Below, one piece after another: positions 14,566-27,627 of a stretch of DNA of 64,000 bases. Position 1 is the stretch's first letter, and every line of letters starts with the position of its first letter. The DNA is from the human T2T-CHM13v2.0 reference genome, Homo sapiens: assembly GCF_009914755.1 (NCBI RefSeq), contig NC_060926.1; one strand, 5' to 3'. Made by a program: the position numbers and the translations under genes. The notes beneath the pieces were generated by a model that was not told where the DNA came from, did not search any database, and saw only the letters and a list, made by a program, of their open reading frames with translations.

Positions 14566-15137
14566 TTTTTTTCTTTTTGTTTTCTCTTCATATGACACAT
14601 TTTCAATTTCTTACCTAATCTTGGTTTATAATGACATTTTTGGAGGTTGGAGGGGAGAACTCTAATCAACACTATAGATACAAAAACTATGTAAAAATAA
14701 GGCAGATGTAGCTCTTTAATTTGACCCTTTCTGCTTGCTTCCATTTTATCTTTTTGTGTGTGTGCTGCCAGGGTTTCAGTCTTTACAAATCGAGAATGTA
14801 GAATACTAAGCATTCTGACAAGCTAAACCCACAGCATCAGTTACTAGCTATCTTTCTTCTGCTATCACTGAGCAGTTATTGAAGACTCAGTGTACAGGAC
14901 TGTGCTAATTAGTGTATAGACTATGCAAACAAAAATTAGCATTGTAGAAGCAGTGAACAATATTAAGAGTGCTGCCGATCTGGATTTCTTCATTCCAGAA
15001 ATGAGAATCTTGTCTGCAACGGTCTCCCTATGAAAATAGCAGGAGTTCTTTAATTAGAACTTTAGGGAGGCAGAGAAACAACTTGTTGGAAGTGACTAAA
15101 TGCATTAGTTGTGAATAAATGAAAATAGTATATAATA

Positions 15138-15263
15138 GGCTGGGGGTACAATTGCTCAAGCCTGTAATCCCAGCACTTTGGGAGGATCACCTGAGGCCGG
15201 GAGTTTGAGACCAGTCTGAGCAACATAGTGAGACCTCATCTCTACAAAAAATAAAAAATAAAA
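15138..15263 (+). mobile_element. Alu left monomer (FLAM-like)
   Basis: ctgtaatcccagcactttgggagg...gagacctcatctctacaaaaaa. Confidence 0.85.
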
Positions 15264-15935
15264 GATGCATGGTAAATACATTTGAAACTATTCCTCCAGG
15301 GAGTATTGTAATAATTTTATTTATTATCCAAACATCATCTTCTGTTGAGCTCTTAAGGTAAAATGGCTTTCTCTTTTCTATCTTTGTTCAGCTTCTCTTA
15401 ATAGTTTGTGGGGTGAGAGGTTAATCTTGGGTATATATGTTTAAATAGCTGAATGTGATCAACTATAAAGAAAAAAAAATATTAGAGCCTAAAAGTATTT
15501 GGTCAGCCAGATTAAGAAAAATCTTGTATCCTCAAGTATTCTGTTTCATCTCTTTTATGAGAAAATAGGCAGTTGTACTGAATTTGAAAAATGCTTGTTA
15601 CATGCACGTTCTTACAGTCTGTAGGCTAGTTTAGTGATATATGCAGCTGTTGAGTCAAACAAGAATGACTAGAAAAAACTGCTGAAGCTCGATCAGTAAT
15701 TGTGGATTAAAGTTAGTGACAACTAGCCTAAGGGTGGTTGTTGATAGTCCTAATGATTATTCAAAAGCATTGTAAAGCTTTTGAAGAATCTTTTTAATCT
15801 CTTCATCTCTCTGTTCTATTACTAATAAAATGAGGGGCTTTACTTGGATGAGGACAATACATATTTTATAGATTTGTATGGCACTTTACAGTTTACTAAG
15901 TGTTTTTACATTTTTCCTTTCCTGAGGTAAATTAA

Positions 15936-16480
<545 letters not shown>

Positions 16481-16659
16481 ATAGGGGTGATTATTTAAAT
16501 AAAGAGAATAACAGCTGTGTGGGATCTTGTGGTGGGGGCGAACAGATAGGGCAGCAGGCTGTTTAGGAGTGATTCTAATAATTTATTGTGCAGATTTGTA
16601 TCAGGAAAGGAGACTCTCGAAGAAATAGTGGCGTTCAACATTAATGCCATTGAAGCCCT

Positions 16660-17365
16660 GGCCTAAATTCTTGCAGAGAAAATTATTCCCACTTTTAGAA
16701 CTCACCTTGAACTTCACAATGACTGGAGAACCCACTTTACCAGTCTTTTAATAAAGCAGGTACGTTCAGTTTGGCCAATTTTACAGCATTTCCATTGTGC
16801 CTACTATCCAGTCTTCTGGCTCAGTAGAGCAAACAAATGGAACTATTAAAATACAGTTGGCCAAATTTATGGAAACCATATACCTTCCTTGGCCTAGAGT
16901 TCTTCCTTTGATATTAAATTTTAGAGCCACTCCCTTTAGAGCTCAGAAACTTTTAGCTTTTGAAATAATCACAGGCTCTCCTATATACTTCACTCCCTCT
17001 ATTTTGACTCTCAGTTAACAGCAAAGAGACATACTTCAGTATTGCAAAGACATTATTAAAGTGATGGATAAAAATCATACTTTGGTAGAACAGTCTTCCC
17101 ACAGTACTCTCCTGGGAGACAAGGACCTACAGTACCGTGATCTGTAACCTAGTGACTTTGTCTACTAAAAAAGGCACCTACATAAGGATTCTCTCAAACC
17201 ACATTGGAAGGGCCCATATTCGGTCCTTTTCACCAGTCCCTATGCTATCAGACTCAAAGACATTGACTCTTGGATTTACATCTCTTTTTTAAAAATGGTC
17301 CCTACTTCTGACTGAAGCAACTCTCCAACAGGTGATTTAAGACTAAAATTTACCTGGAATTGAAG
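16660..17365 (+). pseudogene. Decayed ERV1 (gamma-like) pol, integrase region
   Basis: Translates across frameshifts to ILAEKIIPTF..HNDWRTHFT..HCAYYP/SSGSVEQTNGTIK..LPWPRVLPL..RATPF..FEIITG; GPY/F motif PHWKGPYSVLFTSP..IDSWI near 17200-17280. Confidence 0.85.
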
Positions 17366-18242
17366 CAGATGATGTCTACAGTAGATCCCTATTTCAGGAT
17401 GCCTAGATCAGGTCACTGTATTCTTTCCCTTTTATTATTGATCTCTTCTTATATGCCTTTATTTTCCTGGAAAGACAATGCTCTAATTTGCACTTTCCAA
17501 TCTATTACAAGGAGGCGGCATTACTGACTGTTGGATTTGTTACCAAAAACCTTGATCTGTCATGATATAAGTAGACCTTTAGTCTACCCCATAACAGATT
17601 TTGTTAATGTTCCCAATGTAACTGTGGTTCCAATTTTGTATCCAGTCCTTTGTAAAAAGTCAAACTTTTGGACCCAGATATTGAGATTCCTGGCTTCACC
17701 CTAACAGTACCAGCAGTCTACAAAAAAGACTTTGGAATTAGACTAAGATTGTGAAAGTAAAGGTATGGTATTAAGATTCAAGAGAAAAACAATTTGACAG
17801 ATTACAAAAACATTGATGATCCTGGTCTTCTAATTACTGATAACCTCAAACAATGTAATAACTCAATAATAGAACCTTGGATAAATACCACTGACATCTC
17901 CCTATGAGTAACAATTAATACACAAGGTACTCCACATAGAATTAACTGTTATGTTTCATCAAAATACATTTTTATTTATGGAGGATTTAACAGTCAATCA
18001 TAAGCATGGACAACATCATGTCTCAACAAATGGAAAATAAAATGCCAGTGTGGTTTAAGATATTTCCGGATTCAACACAAATTAACAAAATCTGAACATT
18101 GGTTGGTACCTTTTAACTTAACACCATTAAAAGATATACCTTACTGGGAGACAGAAATCCAGCGGGATAGGCCTCAGCTGTTTAGATACTTTTTCTCTTG
18201 GATTGCAGTTAACCACTTAAAAACAACGATCAGAAATTTATC

Positions 18243-20000
18243 TTTTTTTTTTTTTTTTTTTTTTTTTTAGGTCAGAGTTGCTTTATTACTACTCTGTAGA
18301 GGCAAATATGGGATAAAGCTCTCTTTTTCAGTATCAGTGTAATCTTTGCAAAAATAGAATTTAAAATACTGTATTAGACCACTCCTAAGACACTATAACA
18401 ATATTTTGAGGCAGTGATTAAAATTACATACAGAAGTTAGTAGCTGGTACAGTGTCACTATGAATTTTACCTGTAAATGATAGTATGGACTCATTTCCTT
18501 TGCTGAGTGATTTTTGTTGTTAGAAAAAAATTCTAGGCCGCTTATTTGGCAGTCTCTCTTACCCAGATGAATTCTTTTTTTTTTTTTTTTTAGTATTTAT
18601 TGATCATTCTTGGGTGTTTCTCGAGGAGGGGGATTTGGCAGGGTCATAGGACAATAGTGGAGGGAAGGTCAGCAGATAAACAAGTGAACAAGGGTCTCTG
18701 GTTTTCCTAGAAGGAGGACCCTGTGGCCTTCCGCAGTGTTTGTGTCCCTGGGTACTTGAGATTAGGGAGTGGTGATGACTCTTAACGAGCATGCTGCCTT
18801 CAAGCATCTGTTTAACAAAGCAAATCTTGTACCGCCCTTAATCCGTTTAACCCTGAGTGGACACAGCACATGTTTCAGAGAGCACGGGGTTGGGCGTAAG
18901 GTTATAGATTAACAGCATCCCAAGGCAGAAGAATTTTTCTTAGTACAGAACAAAATGGAATCTCCTATGTCTACTTCTTTCTACACAGACACAGCAACAA
19001 TCTGATTTGTCTATCTTTTCCCCACATTTCCCCCTTTTCTATTCGACAAAACCGCCATCGTCATCATGGCCTGTTCTCAATGAGCTGTTGGGTACACCTC
19101 CCAGACGGGGTGGCGGCCGGGCAGAGGGGCTCCTCACTTCCCAGAAGGGGCGGCCGGGCAGAGGCGCCCCCCACCTCCCTGATGGGGCGGCTGGCCAGGC
19201 GGGGGCTGCCCCCCACCTCCCCCGGACGGGGCAGCTGCCGGGCGGAGACGCTCCTCACTTCCTAGACTGGGCGGCTGCCGGGCGGAGGGGCTCCTCACTT
19301 CCCAGACAGGGTGGCTGCCGGGAGGAGGGGCTCCTCACTTCTTAGAGGGGGCGGCTGCCGGGCAGAGGTGCTCCTCACATCCCAGACGGGACGGCGGGAC
19401 AGAGGCGCTCCCCACATCTCAGAGGATGGGCAGCCGGGCAGAGACACTCCTCACTTCCTAGACGGGATGACGGCCGGGAAGAGGCGCTCCTCACTTCCCA
19501 GACTGGGCATCTGGGCAGAGGGGCTCCTCACATCCCAGACGATGGGCGGCCAGGCAGAGACGCTCCTCACTTCCCAGACGGGGTGGCGGCCGGGCAGAGG
19601 CTGCAATCTCAGCACTTTGGGAGGCCAAGGCAGGCAGCTGGGAGGTGGAGGTTGTAGCGAGCCGAGATCACGCCACTGCACTCCAGCCTGGGCAACATTG
19701 AGCACTGAGTGAGCGAGACTCCATCTGCAATCCCGGCACCTCAGGAGGCTGAGGCTGGCAGATCACTTGCGGTTAGGAGCTGGAGACCAGCCCGGCCAAT
19801 ACAGCGAAACCCGTCTCCACCAAAAAAATACGAAAACCAGTCAGGCGTGGCGGCGCACGCCTGCGATCCCAGGTACTCGGCAGGCTGAGGCAGGAGAATC
19901 AGGCAGGGAGGTTGCAGTGAGCCAAGATGGCAGTACAGTCCAGCTTCGGCTCGGCATCAGAGGGAGACCATGGGGAGAGGGAGAGGCAGAGGGAGCATGA
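18243..20000 (-). mobile_element. SVA (older, B/C-like) plus 3'-transduced segment
   Basis: Hexamer remnant about 19971-19995, Alu-like about 19601-19970, VNTR about 19096-19600, SINE-R 18592-19095, poly-A 18575-18591, unique DNA 18269-18574, second poly-A 18243-18268; TSD atcagaaatttatc at 18229-18242 and 20001-20014. Confidence 0.96.
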
Positions 20001-20384
20001 ATCAGAAATTTATCCTTAAAACTTGGGTCTATAGCAGATTCCATACCTAAGGCTATTGTAGCTCAATAAACTTTCTTAGAATCTCTTGCTAAAGTGGCAT
20101 TGGATAACAGGATTGCCTGGATTAGTTATTAGCTGAGAAGGTGGTGGTTGTATAATTGCTAACACTGCTTGCTATGCATGTATGAATTCCTCTGGGAAAG
20201 TAGAAACACAATTATACAAGATAAAAGAAAACCCAAGCTAGCTGGCTCCAACAAATCTCACCAGATACATCGGAACTTTTTGATCTGTTCAGTTGGTTGC
20301 CTTAAAATTTAAGTTCATAATCTAGGACTATTCAAACTGGATTTATTGTATTGTCACTAATGACTTTTTGCATTTTCATATTAA

Positions 20385-20386
<2 letters not shown>

Positions 20387-20432
<46 letters not shown>
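20387..20432. repeat. Poly-T tract (46 nt)
   Basis: Pure T run inside the env remnant. Confidence 0.95.
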
Positions 20433-20434
<2 letters not shown>

Positions 20435-20760
20435 CTGACCATTCTTTGTAAAGCCAGCACTCCCAACAAGATAATGTTAGCCCAGTGTCTTGAGATGATT
20501 GCTAATACCTATGGGTCTAATACAGTGAAACTCAATGTTGAACTCCAGGCAAAGCTGCAATGAGAAAGATTTTCCTTTTGGCCTCTCTTTTGCTAAATGT
20601 GGCCCAGGTCCCTGACATGGACTCTCATACCTAACCCCCAAAAGTAGGACAGAGGAAACTCGGACAGGTTCAGACCCTGCAGTGAGGGACAATTACGCCT
20701 AACCTCAGAATAGTTAATCAGTGACATTTTGAGAGAAAGATCTTGATCAAAATGGGGAAA

Positions 20761-21230
20761 TGTGAAATTTGATTATACAAACTGGGCTATTCTTGTCATA
20801 CCCAACGAAATCAGAGTTGAAAGGTCAGGGGAGAGAGCAGTCTGGCGCACATAGCACTTGGTCCAAGAATGATCCACCAGCTTGGCTGCTGAAATGGCCT
20901 GCTGTAACCTTAAGATCAGTTTTACCTAGTGGCTGCTGATACGGACTAGATGTGTGCTGTGACGTTAAGACCAGTTTTACCTACCATTGTCATTCACTAA
21001 TTAAAGAGTGTCAGGTCCCCAAAACTTCACTAGTGCCACTGAGCTTCCTTTCAAATGTGTAACATGTCCCTTTCTAATAGAACTTCCAACCTTTTCTTTG
21101 TTCTTCAAACATGCCAAAGACCATGCCATTCTGTATGTATGCCCTAAATAGTGATTCTGTTTTTATATGCATTCCCAAATGAAACACTTTGCATAGTGAT
21201 TTGTTTCTATATTTTTATTTGACTTTAACA
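20761..21230 (+). mobile_element. 3' LTR of the ERV1 remnant (MER34/LTR29-like group, family tentative)
   Basis: Polypurine tract aaaatggggaaa directly before TG at 20761; ends tttgactttaaCA at 21230. Confidence 0.85.
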
Positions 21231-23317
21231 GCCCCAACTGTCGCTAATGGCAAAGTCAAGAACTCTGTCTCTGTAGGGTGATGATGCTTTGGGAACCCAA
21301 GTGACGTTGCCTCCATTCCTTTTATTCCCCTCTTCGCGTTAGTACTTAAGGAGCTATCTCTTTATCTCCATAACTGTAATGTGCAAGTAAAGGATAGATT
21401 TTTTTAAATCAAAAATATACTAAAGAATATTCCAAAGACAGCAGTTAAATATGCTTTTCTATCAAAATGACTAAGTGGGTCCCAAAGGGAAAAGCTTGTT
21501 TTCTTATCTCAGAATTCTGGTGAAAGAAACAAAGAATGCCCAATTAAGATAAATATTTCAGTATTTTATCTATTTGTTCCTATGCGGTAAAAAGGAAACT
21601 CATAGATAAAATATAGTATTCATATCACTAAATGTATACTGATCTTAACATTCCTTTCCCAAAGGATTCTAAATATCTTTTGTCCAATAATTCTTAAATT
21701 TTGTACAGTTTCACAAAATTAGGAAAATAGCCCAATATTTATAATTTTCTTTTTGTAACTTCTGGAAGTGACAGTTATGCTGAACGTGTTCCTAGAAATC
21801 AATGCTGTAAAACATTTTCCCATATATAATATTAAAGATGGAAATCATATTTCTTATCTAGGTTCCAGTAAGCCATAAATCATACCCATGACCCAAAACA
21901 TTTAATAAAATCTGGAACAACAAGCTATCACCATAAATATTTAATAGGTGGCTTTTATTCTTAGAAAAAAAATATAGAACATTAGACCGTATAAGAAATT
22001 TTCATTTTTACTGGTCCAAAATGGTTAAATAATGGTATTCTTTAATAGTTTGACCTGTTCTAGAAAACATATGTGAAGCTCACAAAAACAGAATTTTGAT
22101 AAGTTATAAATTTGGTCACAACCAATATATTATCTTAAACATGTTTTTGAACTTTTGTTTAAAAATAACATTGCTTGCCTGATTTGAAAAGTCTCTTTTG
22201 GGAGAATCTGGGTGACAGTCCTAGCAAGTTTGCACTGATCATTCTTTTCCTCACAATTTTTGTTCCTGTAGTGAACAGAGCATCAAAATTCATTCTGTTG
22301 ACCTCAATTTTGTGCATAAAATACCAGCAGCACAATTGGTGGTATTGTACATGAAGTTTTGATGATGCTGTTAGTGAAAAATAATATATATGAAAGTGTT
22401 AGTATAAGCATTAGGAAAGTATACAAAGATATAGCAATATAAATTTTATTGAAGCATTATTTATTATAGTGAAAACATGAAAAAAAATGCCAGAAGAAAA
22501 CGATTAGCAAAATATGTTACAGTACAAGGGGCAGGTTTATAGATATCAAAAAGAATGCTGTAGAGACTATTAATATTGGAAAATTATATTGTTAAGTGAA
22601 AAACATAGATTGCAAAACAATGCAGCATAAAAATCCATTGATATACATAGGTAAATAACAAAAGGGTATTCAACAATGGAATTGCTAATCATTTTTCTAG
22701 TTGTATGTATTGTGTTAGTTTCCTTCTTTTGCCAGTCTGAATTTCTAGGTCTAAAAATTTTTTGAAGAATATGTTTTATCTTGATATAAAAAGGTTTCTT
22801 TATTTGTTATAAAATAACATGTTCTCATTATAAAAAGTACAGAATGGCATAAAGTAAAAATACTCCATCCAGATACCTCTCCCATCTGGATTTCCTATTT
22901 CAATTCTTTTGAGCAATTGCTTTTAAAATTTCCTTGGGTTTTCTTCAGAAAATCTTGATATTGTTTCATACCATCACATATGGAACAAGTTTTTAATAGT
23001 CATTTAGATTTTTGCTTAATGAATGTGCGATAATGGAATCATTTCTGTTTCAAAGAAAATTTAGGGCTTCCCCCTCCCTACAACATTTTTTGTGAATTAT
23101 TTTAAATTATGCCCTGGTGAATTACTTGTAGGTATGTTTTTATATTCTTTAAAACACATTTTTATGGGATAAATTGCTCACAGTTGAGTTTTAGGGTAAA
23201 ACGATTTTAAAATGTAATTTTTGTAGGTATGAACAAAACTATAGCATTCAATATAATATACAGAAAATGATACGAGAAGATAATTGATAGACACATAAAT
23301 ACAAATGTTCAATAAGT

Positions 23318-23666
23318 ACGTTCAGCTCTATCTGTGGGCTCTGCATCTGTGGTTTCAGCCAGCTGTGGATTGAAAACATTCAAAAAAAAAAAGAAATGGA
23401 TGGTCACATCTGTACTAAACATGTACAGACTATTTTTTTTCTGGTCAGTATCCCCTGAACAATACAGAATAAAAACCATTTACATAGCATTTGCATTGTA
23501 TTAGGTATTATAAGGAATCCAGATGATTTAAAATATACAGAAGGATATGCATAGATTACACGGAAATACTACGCCATTTTATGTCAGGGACTTGAACATC
23601 TGTGGATTTTGGTATTATCCGGGATTCTTGGAACCAATCCCCATGGATTCTGATGGATGATTGCAT
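23318..23666. mobile_element. MER2 (Tigger-family MITE)
   Basis: atctgtactaaacatgtacagact...catttacatagcattt...ggaaccaatccccatggat motif series. Confidence 0.85.
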
Positions 23667-24069
23667 ATGAAAATCAACAGTAAGTCAAAGTAACATGATT
23701 TTTCATTTATCAGATTTGTTAAAATTAATGAGTTTGGTATATCAAGTTTTGACAAGAATAGGGGAGACATATAGTGTTGAAGGAAATGTAGTTTGGTACA
23801 GTGTGCTATTCTTTCCATTAGGGAAATAGTAAGGGCTGATCTTTACCTTATACTCTCAGTTTTTCAAAAGCACGGTAGGCTTTAGCTTTGAACTTACTAA
23901 AGAATCCTTCCCCGTATCTACAGAATAAACAAGACTCTTAAGAGATATCTTTCATTTTTCACAGCCAAATTTCCCTTCCTCTAGGCTCTGTTAATCCAAC
24001 TGACCCTGCAAAGAAGGTCTATATTCTACATGTTCTTTAAAAACTCTAGAATATGGCCCATGCATTTTT

Positions 24070-24430
24070 TACTAGTCAGTCTTGCTGTGTAATGACGTCA
24101 AAATCACTGAGGCTTATAACACTAACATTTATTTTTCTTCCTTTAGGGGCTGTGGGTCAGCTGGAGAGGCTCTATTTCAGGCTGCGCTTCAGGTTCCATT
24201 CTACTGCATGTGTTTTTCCTTCTTATTGGATCTGGATATTAGGACACATTCTTTTCCTGCCTCCTAGGAAGGCAAGGGGGCAAGCCAAGCCATGAATGCA
24301 TATTTAAGCCTCTGCTCCCGTTATGTTCACTGACATTCCATCGGAAACATGCCCAAATGTCAATGGGGGTGGGGAAATATACTCTACCTGCTTTAGTGGG
24401 AGGTGCCACAAAGTCATACAGTAAGGGCAG
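24070..24430 (-). mobile_element. Old MLT1 (J/K-like) LTR fragment
   Basis: ctgaggcttataacact...cactgacattccat...ggggaaatatactctac. Confidence 0.5.
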
Positions 24431-27400
24431 GAAATGCGTATGTGTATACCACACATGTTCATTTTAACATCTCGAGTGACAGAATGTAATTGGCATGCTA
24501 TAGAAGGATAATGTGCTTTAAAAAGAATTCCCTAGTGGATCTCCAAAATACAAAAGTTAGGACTGTAGTGGTTACATAAAATAGGAGTATCTATGTTATC
24601 AGGATTGATAAAATTATTTTTCTTGTGAAATTTTTGTTAATGGTCAAAATAATGAACATACCAAAGCCTTTATGCCTGGTATATTTTACCAGCCATTTTC
24701 TCATATAGTCTTTTAAATTTGATTTTCATAGCTACTGTGAGAATCATCATTTCAAGTACACTGAATAGTTAAATGAATTGGGTGGAGTTCAATAGTTGGA
24801 CTTTTAAAAATAAATAAAATACTACAAAATGACTCCAGTCATATGAATTTTTAAATTTTCTTTCCCAAGGTCACAGACAGTATGTGGTGAAACCAGTCTT
24901 GGAACTCCTGTGTCCTGTCTCCTTCTAACTCTGCCAATGCACATCTTCTGTAATCAGTGGCCAATAGATAGTCTAATTTTTCCAAAAGCCTCTTCTATAA
25001 CCACGTTAAAAAGAGATTAGCCTAAAGGTGTAATCAGGTTTAGTACTGACCTTATGACAGAAGAGGCTTGTTCAGACAGCCAAGCCCACATGGCTCAGGG
25101 AGTTTAGGCACCAGGCATAATTTCTGTGAGAATAGGAATGAATAAATATTTACCTCAAATTTGGCCCAGGCCATTGCCTGACTGCTTCATTGCTTTTGTC
25201 ATTATCTTGCAATATTTTCATCAGCACTTATTTAACTTAGGAAAAAAATCAAAATTCAGGAGCCTCAGTTGTAATCTACACTGGGGCAAAATGGTTGTTC
25301 CAGATAGATTTCGTGATTACCTTTGGCCTATTCTAGCTAAGCCTGTAGATTAGGCAAAGCTCATTCATCCATTAATGGAGCAAGTGACTGGATTTGTGAA
25401 ATGACAGAGATCATGAAAGATCAGTGAGGTGGCTGTTTCTATTTACACTACCTTAAAGGAACATTAATTTGGATAAACCTGACCCAACCCCTAAATTTCT
25501 ATTTGCAAATCATCTTGGGATTTCATTTTTTAGGAACAAAATTGATACTGTGATACAAAGAAAAGAAAAATGATCTTTTTTATGTCAGTCTCTCACAAAC
25601 TGCACAGAAGTGGGCATTGTTATATTTCAATTCTCCTTTCCAGAAGAAATGTAATTTTCCTTCCTCCTTTAAAAAAGAACACTAAAATATAATGGTAGAG
25701 GCAGATCTTTTTTGTTTCACTTAATAACTACTTCATCCTTGAAACAAAAGAGAATAAAACATAAAAGCTATTCTTAATTCCAACTTTTATTGTTGAACAA
25801 GAATAGGGATAAAAAAACGTTATTAATGAAAGAAAATTGTTAGGGACCAGAGACTCTAAAGATGAAGGAGCTCTTTTGGTTACCTAAAACTCTTCTAAAG
25901 TAAAAGAAACGAGGTTTTCAGTTAGGTTAGAGAAATTGTAATCTTTCATATATAACTATTTTAAGTTTTCAGGAACTAGAAAATGTGAGTTAACTTATGG
26001 TTACGTCAATGTCCTCATATTGCCCACATGATATCTAAAATAACAGTGTCCTAAAAAGTGCCTAGCCCTAAATCACCCCCTACTTAAACAGGGGAAACAC
26101 GAATCTTCAGGAAAATCGTTAATTTCTATCTTTGAGCTTGAACAATAGCAATGAAAAAGCCAGACTTAAAAAAAATGTCCCTATAGAGAAAAAAATATCT
26201 AAGTGACATCACCCCATGCCCCAAAACACCCAGACATTTAGATACTGGGTGTTAAATACTTTTTATTCACAAATCGTTTTAAAAGCCCTATGTAAGATGC
26301 ATAAAGTCATCTTCAGAAATGGCTGTATGTTCAAGAAAGTTAGAAGCATGTATCAGCCATAATAGATCAGGGAAGTTTCCCCAAGGGAACAAAAGCAGCT
26401 CAGCAGGAAATAGACATTAGAAAATGTAATTTTGGGCTTAGAGGCATAGACTGAGACTTTGCAGTGCTACTTCCATACTAGGTGTGATGTTAATTCCTTA
26501 TTAGGCCATGAAAATGCACTGAAGAAGCAGTTTCCCCAGTTATGCAATATGTTCTTTTCCCTCACCGAATCACTTAAATGGAGATTTTTTTTATCTGTAA
26601 ATATTTGGGGGCCACTAAGTGCCTTTTTTTTAAGGACTTTTGATATCACTGTCTTCTTATTTCTTCTACAACTACCTGCAGATATTATATATCAACTCAG
26701 CATGAGTATTGAGGAGAATAAAGAGGATAGATCTTGGCCAACAGCATGAAGAGGGGCAAGAAATGAGAAAGAAAAAAATAAAAATAGTGGTTGCATTGGA
26801 GCTGGAAAATGGCTTGGAGGAGCTCCTACCTAAATAACTGGTAGCCATGAGAACAAAGAGAAAAGGCTAGGTGGGGTTCTGGGCTGCTTGGCTGAGCAGT
26901 CACTGAGTGGGAAGTATACTTCTCTGTGTTGCAGACAACAGCCTTGGGCAGCCTGAAAGGAGCTGAATGGCTCACCCACTAGGCCCTATACACTGGGTGG
27001 CTTCAAAGATCAACCTAGAAGTCTGGGAAAGAATAGGAATGAGTTCAGGGAATTCATTTCTTGGTCACAACATTCAACTTTGGACTTGGTCTTCCGAAAG
27101 CGTGCTCTTTTCTGAATGTGCTGTCTTTGACTTTCTCAGGGCCTTCCATCCCCCAAATCCAACATCCCAGTACTTGTTTGTCCTTCTGGGCTTCCTCTGC
27201 AATCCTAGAAAATACTGAAAGCATGTTAAAAACTTAAGATAGAGTTGGTGCTTTCCTTCTCACCCCTCTATTCTTTTGCTCCCTGTTCCTTGTTATTATG
27301 ATTATTTGGCTGTGGACAGCATTATGTTTTCCTACTTATCTTTTAATGGCCTGTCCTTCATGTTTCCTTGTCAAAACCCAGCCTACTTTTCAAAATCCAT

Positions 27401-27627
27401 TTGAAGTTCTACTACTTTTCACTTCTTTTTCCTTTCAGTCAGAATTAATAGCTTCAGTCTTTATGTTCCTATCACTCTTGGCATCTTTATTTTGGAATAT
27501 AAGACTTTCTGCCTTGAATTAGATTTCGTTGTACAGATGTTGTCTGTCTCACTGGACCACAAACTTCTTGAGAGCAAGTGCAGTATCCTGTTTGTTGTCA
27601 TAGACTTCACAATGTGTAGCACAATGG

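Larger units (their letters stand above)
17400..20545 (+). pseudogene. Decayed ERV1 env, split by the SVA insertion
   Basis: SU motif TDCWIC near 17523-17540; TM IRNLS..SLAKVALDNRIA..LLAE.GGGCIIANTACY (immunosuppressive domain and degenerate CX6CC) at 20001-20180; many stops and frameshifts. Confidence 0.85.

Noticed and set aside
14070-14813. 247-aa minus-strand ORF
   Set aside because: L1 ORF2 C-terminus joined by chance to flanking DNA; the element is heavily 5'-truncated.
19007-20044. CpG-island-like region with several ORFs
   Set aside because: SVA VNTR and Alu-like domain.
26225-26253. 9-bp hairpin aacacccag/ctgggtgtt
   Set aside because: Short enough to arise by chance at this window size.
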